NCBI GenBank assembly: GCA_052426225.1
Contig: JBNJNM010000011.1
Span: forward strand, 2,976,001-3,040,000
Direction of reading: 5' to 3'
DNA from: Zancudomyces culisetae HAW-14-8
Lineage: Eukaryota; Fungi; Kickxellomycota
DNA: 64,000 nt
Part shown: in pieces, positions 10,801 to 22,985 of the stretch
Layout: the number at the start of each line of letters is the position of its first letter
How positions within the stretch are numbered: the stretch's first letter is position 1
Made by a program: the position numbers and the translations under genes
Notes under the pieces: generated by a model
The model's input: only the letters and a program-made list of their open reading frames with translations
What the model was told of the DNA's origin: nothing
The model's database searches: none

Positions 10801-13800
10801 TCGTCGGTTGGTATAAAACATCTGTGGTGGGATCGATATCAAAGTGCACCCTCCACCTGTAGCGCTGCCATTGGTGTTTGTCATTGTATTTGTTCGTCTT
10901 CTAGTCCAACTTTTAGAACTAGTGTTGGTTGTTGTTCTAGAAATAGGAATAGGTACAATCGTTTCTTCTTTACCAGAAAGCGGTGATGCCCCAATAGGTC
11001 GCGATTTGGCTCTGTGTATTTTATGTGGCTTTATCTCTTTATCCAATTTTATACTCCTGTCTTCTTGCTCTCTTTCGCTTTCAACACCTTTATTTTTTTT
11101 TGAAAATTTAGCCTCAGTTTCATCACCGCTCCGTTCGAGATTATCAAGCAAAAAAATTTCGTTTCTTTCATTGGCTTTGCCATCTTGCCATCTACTATCC
11201 ACAGAACGACCTCCACCCGATTGTGGTGACATTGTAGACTGCATACGTACCGGCGAGGGTGACAATACTTTGATGGATGTCAATGCTTGAGGTTTATTTT
11301 TTTGTCTCAACGAGTTCCTACTTGATTCATCACTAAGTTCAAAGCTGTTGTTTCGTGTGATGGTTGTAGACTGCTCAGGTTTTTTCCTTATACTTCTATT
11401 GACACTTGCATTTCTACTTCCTACACTGATACTACTGCTACAACGACCCATTTCCGCCCTTCTTCTAACCCCTTTTGTTGCAGATCCGGCCGCTGATGTT
11501 GGATATACTGGCCTCGATCCATTGCGTCTACCGCTGTTTCTATAGTCACAAATCAACGACGAATCCCTACTTTGTGCTATTTTCTCTCTTTTTTGCGGCT
11601 CCAAAACTACTCCTAACTTCCTATACAGTTCATTTAACTGGTATTTAGAATACGTTCTATAGGGTACATTGGTATATTTTCCTCCATGCCCACGCATTCC
11701 CCTGGCTGCCTTAATTCCATCTCCTCCCGGCCGTTTTACCCGTGAAGTTACTTTTCTTTCTAGCTTACTGCTGTTACTACTGCTACTCATAATTTTTGGC
11801 GGATATCCCATCTTATTCCCTCCTCCGCTTTGCCTTTCAGTATCAATCGGATATGTCTCTGAACCTGCAGTTTGCTCCGATCTACGAAAACCCCCGTCTC
11901 CCTTTTTTCTCCTAATACTGTCTCCCCCACTACCGTTTATATTCATACCCGTTTCTGAGCTATCAATGCTACCTGACCCTAACACGTCCGCCTCGCTCGC
12001 TTTATTTTGCTGCTGGTCCTGTTCTATATCGCTCCACTCCTCTTCATTAATAATTTGAAGCCCTCGCTCTACAAATTCACTTAGCTCGGTTATCACCGAA
12101 ATCAACTCTCTTTCACTCGTGTTTTTTGCCTGTTTTAGTTTACTGTATATATATTTTCTCAGCTTTACAACCTCTGCAACTACATTTTCGTTATATTCAT
12201 CAATTCCCTCCGCACCAGCTTCTTCCCTTCTATCTTTTGTCCTCTTATTGTACTTATTTCCCGACACCTGCGTCTCATCCATACTCACTTCGACCACCCC
12301 CTCTTTTGCTGGTACATAGCATGCTTTCTCCATAATATACATCTTTTCTTTGTTTGCCGTGTATCCAACCGGAATGATTTCCCTTGCGTATCCCCCTGTA
12401 CTTTTTTTGCCTTCGCCTGATGTGTACACATCACCCACTATTTGTCTAATTCCCCCGATCTTAAGCATCTTGCCCAAACCCATATCATTTGCCCTACAAT
12501 CTGTCGGAATTGGTCTAAACTCATCATTGTCATCCATACATGAGATGGACACTCGTTTAAATACTTTATCGCTCAGTACTGTCGTAGCGCTCAGAAACTC
12601 TCTGGCCTTGCTCCCCAACTCTTCTTCCTGTCCCGCTAAATACACTCCTACCACTCCTGTAGATAATATGTCTGTCTGGTTCAAACTGCCATTATGTGCA
12701 TTACTGTTATTCCCTGCTCCGACCTTGTTTATCCGCTGCTCCACTCCATCTAGCGATCCCGACTGTGCCTTCCTACCATCCGGGCTATAAATATGTTTGA
12801 ATAATCTGCCTTTTTGACTGCCTTTTTCCCCTTCACTCGCAGACCCTGCTTCTGACCTGCTATCAAGCCTCGGCATAGCTGCCTTTGGTTTTTTTAAACC
12901 CCGTACATTTGTAATTATCAAATCTTCAGCTGCCTTATATTTGGCCATGGAATTCTGCTCTATTCTCGTTAACCACTCCTCTCGTTCTGGATTCTTGCAT
13001 TCATTTTTCGTATTCACTTCAATCCTGCTAAACATCGCCCCTTCATAGCCCCACCTGGCCGCCTTGGATGCCCGTGACGTTGTTAACAGTTGCTCACATA
13101 CATAATCTGGTGCATCTTCTGTACTCTTATCACCAAGCTGTAGCATCGTCGGAGTCGACGCCGTATATTTTAGACACAACTTTTCTACTGGTCCCATCTT
13201 ACTTTGTCCAGGCTCTGCACCCTTGCCCGCGCTCAATATACTTTGTGATCCTATTTTCCATACATCCAATCTGCTATCTGGAGTCCCAAGATTCGAGTGG
13301 TTTTTTGCTTTTGATTCTATAGTACTAACTCGATGAAGCAAGCTTCGCCTTTTTGGTGTTCCGCTTTTTATGCTCCTTATGAACTCAGACTCAATGTTGT
13401 ATTCTCTATCATTTTCACCACTTCGACTATCCCTCCCTGAACTCTCAGAAAACGTTCCATTTTGCTCGTCTTCACACCCCCTTCCTCTCCATCCCCCTAT
13501 TATTCCCTTTATATGCATCATACTTCCTTTAAATTTTGATTCACTTCCAAATACACCCCTATCACCTTCATCGCCAGCCATCTTGCTTTCTGGTTTAATT
13601 TTAGCTGAGCCATACATTTTTCCGGTGTCTGTACTCGCCGAATCCCTACCAAATTCCAAAGTCAATTCGCTTCCCGTTGCAGAATCCATGCTTGGTCGGC
13701 TGCCGCTGCTGAAAGAATCCGCGACCCTTATTCCCTCAGGAATCAGCACGGACCTGATCCGTGGTCTTTCAATATCTTTCCTCGGTCTTACTACATTCAT

Positions 13801-14235
13801 AATATCTTCGACTCCCAATTCGTGCATCGGATTATCCTTAGTTTTTTGATCAACCACCTCCCAGATATTCTCGATTGTCTTGTTCCTCTTCGAATCTTCT
13901 AAATTGGTGTTATCATTTTGAATCTTTACTACGAACGCTTTTTGATTTACAATTTCGGCTATCTCACTATAAATATCCATAAGTTTAGGCTTACCTTCCT
14001 CCTCAATTTCATTGTTTATCCCCGTAAAAAATCCGGTTTCAATAGCGGGACTCGTTACCTCTGCCTCCGTTTTAGTTTGTTCATGTGTACTTTCTTCAAG
14101 TCGCTCTGGTTTGGTTTTTTTCCCTTTATTACTATTTTTGTTCTTAGCCTTCTCCTTTCCACCCTTTCCTCTGCCTTTAAAACTCCATAGCATGCTTCTA
14201 AAGCTGCCATCCCCCTTCTTTGATTTCTCTTCCAT
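6571..14235 (-). CDS. RIM15: Rim15/Cek1-like AGC Ser/Thr kinase (PAS, C2HC zinc finger, kinase, receiver domain)
   Basis: 2554-aa ORF. PAS (LELSLDGTIRYISPTW), CRICD..EQHSWIC, ISKGAYGSVYLA, HRDLKPDN, DFG, GTPDYLAPE, C-terminal receiver VLVADDNP..IIADLHLPIIDG. Confidence 0.93.
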
Positions 14236-14649
14236 TTTATATTTGCGTAATACCTTATTGTTGTTAGCCTTTATCTTTTTCTGTATTTTTTTAAGATTCT
14301 TCGTTTATATTTTATTGTCCTTGCTTGGCTAGCTAAAAACGTGTTGGACATTCATATCAGGTATTAATACCTTCTTTCTCTATATACTAGTCTATTCCGC
14401 TGTATCGCTGTTTTATCTTTCTTTGTACCTCGTATCCGCGTTAATATGTTTGAAAAGTAAAAAAACAAAAACTCGATATATTTTGATGCGTAGTTTTGTA
14501 TCTTTGTAATATACGCACGTGTTCTGCTACTCTTCTAACCGTAAATGTATTATATGTTTTTCTTATCAGTACACGGCAGTATTCCTGGTTTATTCTGTTG
14601 AATGTCATTTCCTCATCCCTGCTAATCTTTAGTATTGCCTTTTTTTTCT

Positions 14650-15100
14650 TGCTTAAAGCAAATTTGCTGTAAACCTAAATCGCCATTTTTTTTTCAAATG
14701 TATGCTTCTCATTTATCCTTGACCAATTTTAATATTCTGCACAATTGGTAAACTTTTATGTTTAATCTGGCTAGAATGGCCAATAGTATGATTGAATTTT
14801 TTGTTTCCTATAAAGTGCTTGCTGCTAATTTTATTAAAACTAAGCATGATATTAAAAGGATTTTTTTTAATTTACGAGAGCAATGTTGTAATCACTTATA
14901 ATGAGCTATTCCGAGTTTATGTTTATAACCCATTATTCTATTTTCCCAGCTCGTCCCAACCCTATTACATTAGATATGAAATTGCATATCAATACTTTTC
15001 TTTTATTCCAACTATCACGCCTTTCCTTTTTTCTACTTTTCTCGAGGCTCGGGTTGCAAAAACCACAAAAACACCTTTATTTTAAACGTTTCGCAATCAC
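14650..15100 (+). mobile_element. Possible Ty3/gypsy RT-RNase H junction relic
   Basis: MANSMIEFFVSYKVLAAN (GxxNYYRxFIxxYxxxAxPL-like) followed by ITYNELFRVYVYNPLFYFPSSSQPYYIRYE (AFxxLKxxLxxAPVLxxPDxxxPFxLxTD-like). Confidence 0.4.
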
Positions 15101-16032
15101 AATACCTTTAAATACTTTAGTGCTCCTGGGCTACTATTTTGTTATACATGTTGGTGTGTATAGATCCTTTACACAAGTTACTATTGTTTGAAAAAGACAT
15201 TGCTAACAATGAAAAAACAGGAGGGATTGTCCTATCGGAATCAAAATAAAAAACTAAAACACTAGTAATTCTTGTTTTTTGTTTTCGTTGGGGGAGACCT
15301 GCATACCAAAATCCGGGTTTTTTTATTTTGTTGTTGTTGGATAGTCGATTTTGCTGTCTCTATATTGCTCCTCAATTGGCCTGCAGTTTTAAACCAGCTA
15401 TTATTCCTCGTTTTAGTGATAGGTGGAGGCGACAACTGCGAGCAGAAATAGTACAAATTGAATCTAAACCCAAGCAATTTGTACTTGAAGATGTATGAAT
15501 TTCTGGCCTCATTTTTTCCCAGTTTTCTCGTTTTTCCTGCTAAATGGCAAATTACAACCAAAAGGTTTATTTCGTTGATTTCGTTGATTGCATTGATTTT
15601 CTTGGATGAGGTAACTAAAGCTATCCAAGGTTTAAAAAGAAAAAAATAGTATAAACAAAATACGCTAATTGTTTGCAACTGAAAATAAATGTTGATATTT
15701 TTATAACCATGATTCTGAGAGCATGCTATGATTTTCTATGATTGTTGGTTACTGAATCAAACACTAACAACACGTGCAGGCCCATATTACAAAACTCCAT
15801 ACATATTATCTAAGAGCATTTATTATCAGATATATGTTTGAAGGGAACAAAAAGAAGGTAAAACAGAATGATTCAGCTTGTAGTCACGAGGTCAGTTGAA
15901 AACAACTAGGATTAATATCATCCGAAGAATGTAAGTTTAAAATGCGAGTCTTTCTTTTATTTACATGACAAATTTATCAAGTACAGCCACATAAAACGAC
16001 TAAAAAAAACAAAAAGCAACCTGACACAGCGC

Positions 16033-16085
16033 TAATCTCTCCCTGCCCTTCTAGGAACACTGTACCCACTGGGCGTTGATCCAAG
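16033..16085 (-). repeat. Diverged dispersed repeat homologous to 3298-3350 (and its mirror near 20576-20628)
   Basis: Ungapped 53-nt alignment, 37/53 identical, 14-nt exact core AACGCCCAGTGGGT, 15 of 16 mismatches are transitions. Confidence 0.65.
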
Positions 16086-16288
16086 GAGCTCGTTTCATAT
16101 TCACTTCACCTCCGTTCCAAAAAGTGAAGGAATTTTTTGAACCATGATGTACACATCACATGGCATGTTTTTATAATAGCTTTAATGACAAAAATGCTTT
16201 TTATTTAACTCTTACTGTGTATTTGGTAAAATTTGAGACTGAAGGCTCGCAAAAAATAAAGAAAAAAAGGAAGTAACGAAGAACAAAA

Positions 16289-18589
16289 TTAAGCCGCAAC
16301 CGACTGGTATAGTTCATCAATTATGCTTTTGTAGTATTTAGCGGCATCAAATCTCTTTAGCTTCATGGTTGGCGTAAGAAGTTGATTAGTATCCATGTCA
16401 AATAGCACATGTTCCAAATAAATTGCCTTCAACACCTCGAATCCTTGCAACTTTGACTGCTTGGCGTGGTTTTCCATTGTTGCAAGGAAGCGTTTATTTA
16501 CTGCGCTATTCTGCACAAGTTCTTTGAAATCCATCTTTGCAACATCCTCCTTCGTATATCCGCTATCCTTTTCTGACAAAACTGAACGAGCCCAAGGCAC
16601 AAAGGCTTCCTCATCGGGAACAAGAACACCAACTACACAGTTTTTAGTCGAATATCCATGAACAAATGATTGTGCCACCAAGCGATGTTTGGATAAAATG
16701 TTTTCTATTTTTTCGGGTGCAACGTACTCCCCTTGGGATAGCTTGAAGATGTTTTTCTTACGATCAATGATACTAACCGAACCGTCTTCATTAAACGAAG
16801 CTATATCACCTGTTGCAAACCAGCCATCACCGATGAGCGCCTCTTTAGTTTTCTCTTCGTCTTTAAAATAACCCACAAATACGTTTTTACCACGTATCAA
16901 CAACTCTCCTCTAGGGCAGGGTTTGTCAGTGACAAAGTACTCCATCTCTGGAACGTCGCGTAATCTTGCCTCGCACCCAGGTTTTGGTGCACCGATATCG
17001 TCGGCAGTAATCGTTCCCTGTGTTTGACCAATGCAATACGCAGCTGTCTCAGTTAGCCCATACCCTTGTGTAAGATTTACAATCAGTGCAATTCTTAAGA
17101 AATTGTTAACATGTGGTTCCAATGGCGCACTTCCGGATCCCATAGTTGTTAAACGTGAACTAACTACAGCCTTTGTTTTGTTAAACAAGACTGTATCCCA
17201 GAATTCATGTTCAACTCCCTTTCCCTCTTGTAAGTTTTGTATCTTCTCCTCTACTGCTTGTCTACTAACTTTTCCAACTAACCCAGGCGCGTGTATTGTC
17301 TTTGATGTGATGAAGTCGTAGATTCTGTTTAATAGTCTAGGGACTCCAGGGAAGTGTGTAGGCTGGAGCATACGGCAATCATCCATAATTGCCGCAATAT
17401 CCCCACAGAAGTATCCAATCTCTCCTCCTGAAAATAATATTGCGTTCTCCACATTGCGACCGTAACAATGTGCCAATGGCAGATACGACAACAAAACTGG
17501 TATTAAACTTTGATTTTCCATCATATTTGCTGAGCTCGCCAAACAGGCAAAACCATAGTTTCTGTGTGATGAGACTGCGCCTTTAGGGTTACCTGTAGTT
17601 CCACTGGTGTAGCACAGGGTATAGATATCATCTAGTTTTGGTGGGAAGTGTGGAATTGGGTGCTGTCGACCAAATTCCATAACATCGTTAAAATCATACA
17701 GCCCAACATTGTTTGATGCCGCCCATTTTTTCAGAACACTGATAGAGCGTGTGGTAATTGATGGTACCTTCCAAACATCGCCAGCTGTGATATTTGAATT
17801 TATACTGTCAAAGTTATCCATAGAAATAATCACTTTAAGATTAGGCACAGTATCAATGGATTCTAGTATCTTTGGAATCTTTTCTAAGCTACAAATCAAA
17901 ATTACTGCTTCTGAATGGTTCAAGATGAATTGAGTGGATGAGACACCCAATGTATCATATAAAGCAACTGAGTACAGTGATTGGGTAAATGCTGCACGCT
18001 CTGCAATAGCCCACTCAGGCCTGTTTCTTGAATACAAGGCAACACCAAAATTTCTTTTCTCAATCAGCTTTAACCCTTCTATATCATCTGAACGAGTATG
18101 CTTCTTTATGGCATGAATAAGTCCTGAAGAAAGTAGATTAACCTCTTCACCCACCTGCTTGTACGTCTTGAATTCAAATGGCAAATACTTTTTTTCCTCT
18201 CTATCATATGGTCTGTATCCAAATAATTTTCTATCTTGATACGTCTTTACAGCTATTTAGTAGTTTTATAAAGGAGTTGAAATTAATATTATTGTAATGC
18301 TGATATCTTCTGATGTGGTTAAAGTGTCATTTTATTGGCTCCATATACCTACCATACCAAAATGTGTCATATACAGTTTCGATGCCGTTTGTTTCAGTAA
18401 TACCCTTTCCCTCTTTATCATCATTGGCTCTCATTATATCTATATGTTATTGTATATGTGATTAACGGATATTTCACAGAGCTGCTCGTTAGAAACTATC
18501 AGATCTAACGAATAAAATATCTTACAGGAGAAACCAGGTTCAGCAGAGTTTGGAACTGCGTATGAAACCAACTGATCTTTTGTCGCCAT
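16289..18589 (-). CDS. Long-chain fatty acyl-CoA synthetase (ACSL/Faa2-like), 3 exons (18589-18526, 18439-18353, 18252-16289)
   Basis: AMP-binding motifs YTSGTTGNPKG, GYGLTET, GWFATGDI, IIDRKKNIFKLSQGEYVAPEKIE. GT-AG introns extend the ORF to MATKDQLVSYAVPNS. Confidence 0.93.
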
Positions 18590-19039
18590 TGCAAGTTTGT
18601 GTTATTTCACTATTAGCTTCAGAGAATGTTTTTAGATGTCTTCTTTCAAAATACAGGATATGTCTAAAGAAAGTAGAAAAAGAAATGGTTCAGACACAAC
18701 ATATTTATATCAATCGCTCAAACACGCTCCTGCTTTACAAGCGATTTATGAACATGAAATTAGATATGAGGCAAAAATATTGTGACACTGTTCAGCATGC
18801 TTTTTGGGTGTGATTTCAAAAAAATCTGAAACAATTTAAAGATACTACAAACCCGAGCCAAAATAAATAAAAATAACCACGAAACAAGCACTATTTGATT
18901 TCCAGAGATGAAACAAATTCAGGGTTAAGGGAGTTAAGGCAAGTGCAAAAAAAAATATACATTGTAATATAAGCGAAAATGCAATTCCGGAAAATAACTG
19001 AAAGCAGATGCTGCCTGTGAATCTTGGTTCTCGTTGTTT

Positions 19040-19450
19040 GTCATCGTAACACACCTTGCATTGGAGCAAGAGCGAGAAAAATAAATATACTGGGTATATA
19101 TCAGGAAAAATACTCTTGTGGAGGGAAACGAAAAGTCCACAAAGAGGAGATAAAAGTCAGAAAGACCTTCGCAACCAAAAAAAAAAATACAACCCTAAAA
19201 AGCATAGGCCTTCTAGCTTAAACAAACTATAGCATATAGAAATAAGGGACAAGGAGCGTGATAAGTGTCGAATGATTAAATGTGTAAAATAAAAAAGAAA
19301 TCTACAGGAGAATCGAGACTTTTGGATTATGAAAAAATGGATTGGCTTAATTCCGAAAAATATCAAAAAATAAAAATACAATGAAATTAAAAAAAGTGGT
19401 ATTCGGAAAATAGAAAGTAGCAAATAAATAAAAAACAATATCGGAATAGT
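19040..19450 (+). mobile_element. Possible non-LTR (LINE) reverse transcriptase relic
   Basis: Ordered motifs KVHKEE..TKKK, NPKKHRPSSLNKL (NYRPISL-like), SRLLDYEK..KYQ, KSGIRKIES (QxGFRK-like). Confidence 0.4.
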
Positions 19451-21468
19451 CAGAGAAATGAATGAGTGTAATGTATATGAATGGATAAAAATCTAGAAAA
19501 TGCTACATGATGGTAGTAGGTTAAGAGATTGTGCAAAAATATATTTAAAAACTAGCAAAAAAGGCAGCAGAAAAATACAAAGTTTGTAACTGTACTGACT
19601 AGAAAAAAACAAAATGTACCATCCATCACTAGAGTCAGATACTGTATGGATATAACTGAGTTATTAACCTCTTAGGTTCATAAATATTATGAAAATATGT
19701 GTGAAATTCTGTTGATACGGGTGCGTGCAGAGTGGTATCAAATAAACTTCAAGTAGGGTAGATCAAAAACATCTACTTGCCTTCAAAAACATCCCATAAA
19801 TCTGCCTTTGCCACTATCAATGTCAATAATAAGTAGCTGAAAACTTGATTCAAAGTATAGTACATGAAGCCCGATGTATTACTGAAAAGTAATGCTCAAC
19901 GTTTGAGTTAGGTGTAATCTGAAATAGTGAACACTTATAGGCTTGTTGATACATTGAAATCGGTGGTATAAAATATCAGAAAAGCTAGAATTAAAACGCA
20001 GCAGTTTCTTGGTATTACGTCAAGTACTACAATTTTATTTGTCGTTTCAAGTATTTGTGAGAACGCTATATTTGACAATTTGGCTTCGTGCTGGGTTGAT
20101 ATTGTGTACGGAACATATACATGTTTCTTGACCATCTACATGCATAATTGTAAGACCATAGACCCCACCCACACTGTATATAAAATTGCCAAATCTTGTT
20201 TTTGTATGCCAGAATGTGTAAAACACGAACATTATTATACCCCATATCAAAGTGCAACCGTTTGATTGTACCCATGTTTTATACATAATAATACAGATAA
20301 TATATGATTCTATGGGTGAATCAATACAAGTAACTTTAAAAATATAATACAGATGCACTTCCAAAGCTGGTGCTCCTACAAATAAAAAAATATTTAGTGC
20401 TAGGTTTATATCTTATGTGCTTTAGAATAACTGGTAATATAGTACAGCTAAACGAGCAGATGTAAAAGGTAATAAATACCACATAGTACCACATAGTACC
20501 ACATGAAACTACAAAAAATAATCCTAAATAATATCCATCTAATATCCATTTAATATCCATCTAATATCCATCTAATAATTTTTCTCCGTCCCTCTAAAGA
20601 CTCCACACCCACTGGGCGTTAGTTCAAGGGTATATCCAGTACCACCATCACCAAGTTGGTCATTAATTAATGTACCCACTATAGCATTAATGAAAGTAAT
20701 CAAGATGTCAATCCAAAACAAAATACTGTAAACCACATAACCTAATTAAATCAATTTGTATGCTGTACATTGAATTGATTTGTACAATGGTTTTGATAAA
20801 GAATGATATATTATTGTAGTTGGAGTATATTTTGAATAGGGGTTTTGTGTTTGATATATTTAACAGTTAATTAAATCATGTTGAAAGAATTAAATATCAA
20901 CAATATTGATAATTTGGTGAAATTAATCCTAGAACATGAGCACAATATACTCTGGAATATTGGAATACATATTCAGTCAGAGACATTATTAACATGAAGA
21001 AAGTATGTGTTATGTAATAAGTTTGGAAGTTATACAATAATTTTATACTGAAAAAAAAGAATGAGGAAAATGGTAAAATGATTATCAACGAAAATGCTTG
21101 GATTGTTGTGTAACTGAAACTCCAGCCATATTTTGTTATGTTTTGTAATCCATCTTGTAAAGTTTAAACTCCCAAAATATGATTTGACCATAAACTATAA
21201 ACTATAAACTATAAACCATAAACTATAAACCATAAACTATAAACCATAAGCTATAAACTATAAGCTATAAACTATAAGCTATAAACTATAAGCCATAAAC
21301 TATAAACTATAAACTATAAACTATAAACTATAAACAATCGAATAAAACAAAAACAGTTCAAATATAATTTATAACATTAAACAAAATATTGGAAACCAAA
21401 GCGATAGGATCAGTGCTAGAATCAACAACACCAATAACAATATTTGCAAAAACTACCTACAAAGACAA

Positions 21469-22765
21469 ATGACACTGTTTTATTTTCGATTAACCAAAGA
21501 CAATTTACTGGATTGCCTGGAAGTAGTCAGTACAAACACAAACTGTGTAGAAGGTATACAATGTGTGATTGACAATTCAAATGAAAAGGTAAAAGAAGAA
21601 AATGAAGAGGTAAATGAAAGAGCAAACGAAGGAGCAAACGAAAGAGCAAACGAAAGAGCAAATCAAAAGGAAGAATACAAGGAAAAAGAAAAGGACAGAA
21701 AAAAAGACGCACGAAACGACGAAATGTATAAAGAGAGGACAATGGTCGTGAGTAATATCAAGGAACTCAAAGATATTCAACAGACAGCACAATTAGGAAC
21801 GGGGTTGGTGGATATAGCATTTTCTCTGGATTTGATACTAGAAATAGTCAAGTATAATAAAAGTACGCGTAGTAATAAAGGTAAGAAAGTGAGAAAGTGG
21901 AAAAAGTAAAGAAAGTAAAGAAAGTAAAGAAAGTGGAGAAAGTAAAGATATATGAGTATTGAAGGTGAAGAACAAAGCTGAGGATAAAAACGAAAGAAAA
22001 AGATGGAAAATAACATCAGCGAATAAAAGGCTGATGAAAAAATCATGAAAAGTATGAGATGCAAATAGAACCATAGCAGAAATAACAAACCAATCTATGT
22101 AAAAATAGAACGAAAATGGCTGCATACATACCTATCAGGATCAGAGATATATATTCCTGAGTTCAGAAAACCACATACTTCAGTTTCAGAAAGAGAACAA
22201 GTGAAAAAGCTACGAAAAGAAACGGAAATACAATTGAAGCAATATGAATACTTTTGTATGACCAGTAATCTGAGTAGTGAGAAACAGCGGCCAAGCAAAG
22301 CGAGAAGGCAAATGATGGAGCATTGGCCTAAAAAAGTAGCAGGTATCAGTGTTGAAAACAATAGATCATCAGTCAATGATACTCTGGTCCATAACACTGG
22401 TAGTATATTTAGAGCCACCGATAGTATTGGATATACAACGAACGAGGATGATGAGTATATTTCACAAAGTATAACGGCAGTAATAAATATACTTTTAAGT
22501 GCAATTGGAGTTGGGATAGCAGTGTTTGTGATTTCAAGAACTGCGATGGAAACTATAGGATATGTAAGCGAATAAAAATACCCAAATTTATTTATTTATT
22601 ACAGATTATCAAATTTAAATACTAGGAGATTGGGCTGATCTTATTGTTAGTATATGACTAATATATGTTGTATTCACGAAATAGAGAGTGTTACTATCGA
22701 TGCTTTCATCAATAGTTGTAGCATCAAGCGAAGTATATTTATATGTATTGTACATCAAAAAATAA
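21469..22765 (+). CDS. VMA12: V-ATPase assembly factor Vma12/TMEM199, copy 2 (exons 21469-21880, 22109-22563, 22685-22765)
   Basis: GTAAG..AG introns join the frames into a protein with the LSGSEIYIP motif, two C-terminal hydrophobic helices and a terminal IKK. Confidence 0.85.
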
Positions 22766-22888
22766 GAGTGATTTAGAGATTTGGAGATTTGGAGATTTGT
22801 TACAATGTATTTTATAATAGCACGCTAAAGTTGTGCAAACGAATGATATCCACATGATTATATGGGGCTATGGAACTATGGAGCTATA

Positions 22889-22976
22889 CACCCATACACC
22901 CATACACCCATACACCCATACACCCATACACCCATACACCCATACACCCATACACCCATACACCCATACACCCATA
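22889..22976 (-). repeat. (TATGGGTG)11 repeat, mirror copy
   Basis: CACCCATA array, two units longer than the left copy (16-bp coordinate offset). Confidence 0.93.
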
Positions 22977-22985
22977 CACTTAATA

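Noticed and set aside
7755-14332. Many antisense and alternative-frame ORFs over RIM15 (likewise over ATG2, TIM50 and ENT3)
   Set aside because: Shadows of purine-skewed, repeat-rich coding sequence with no independent motifs.
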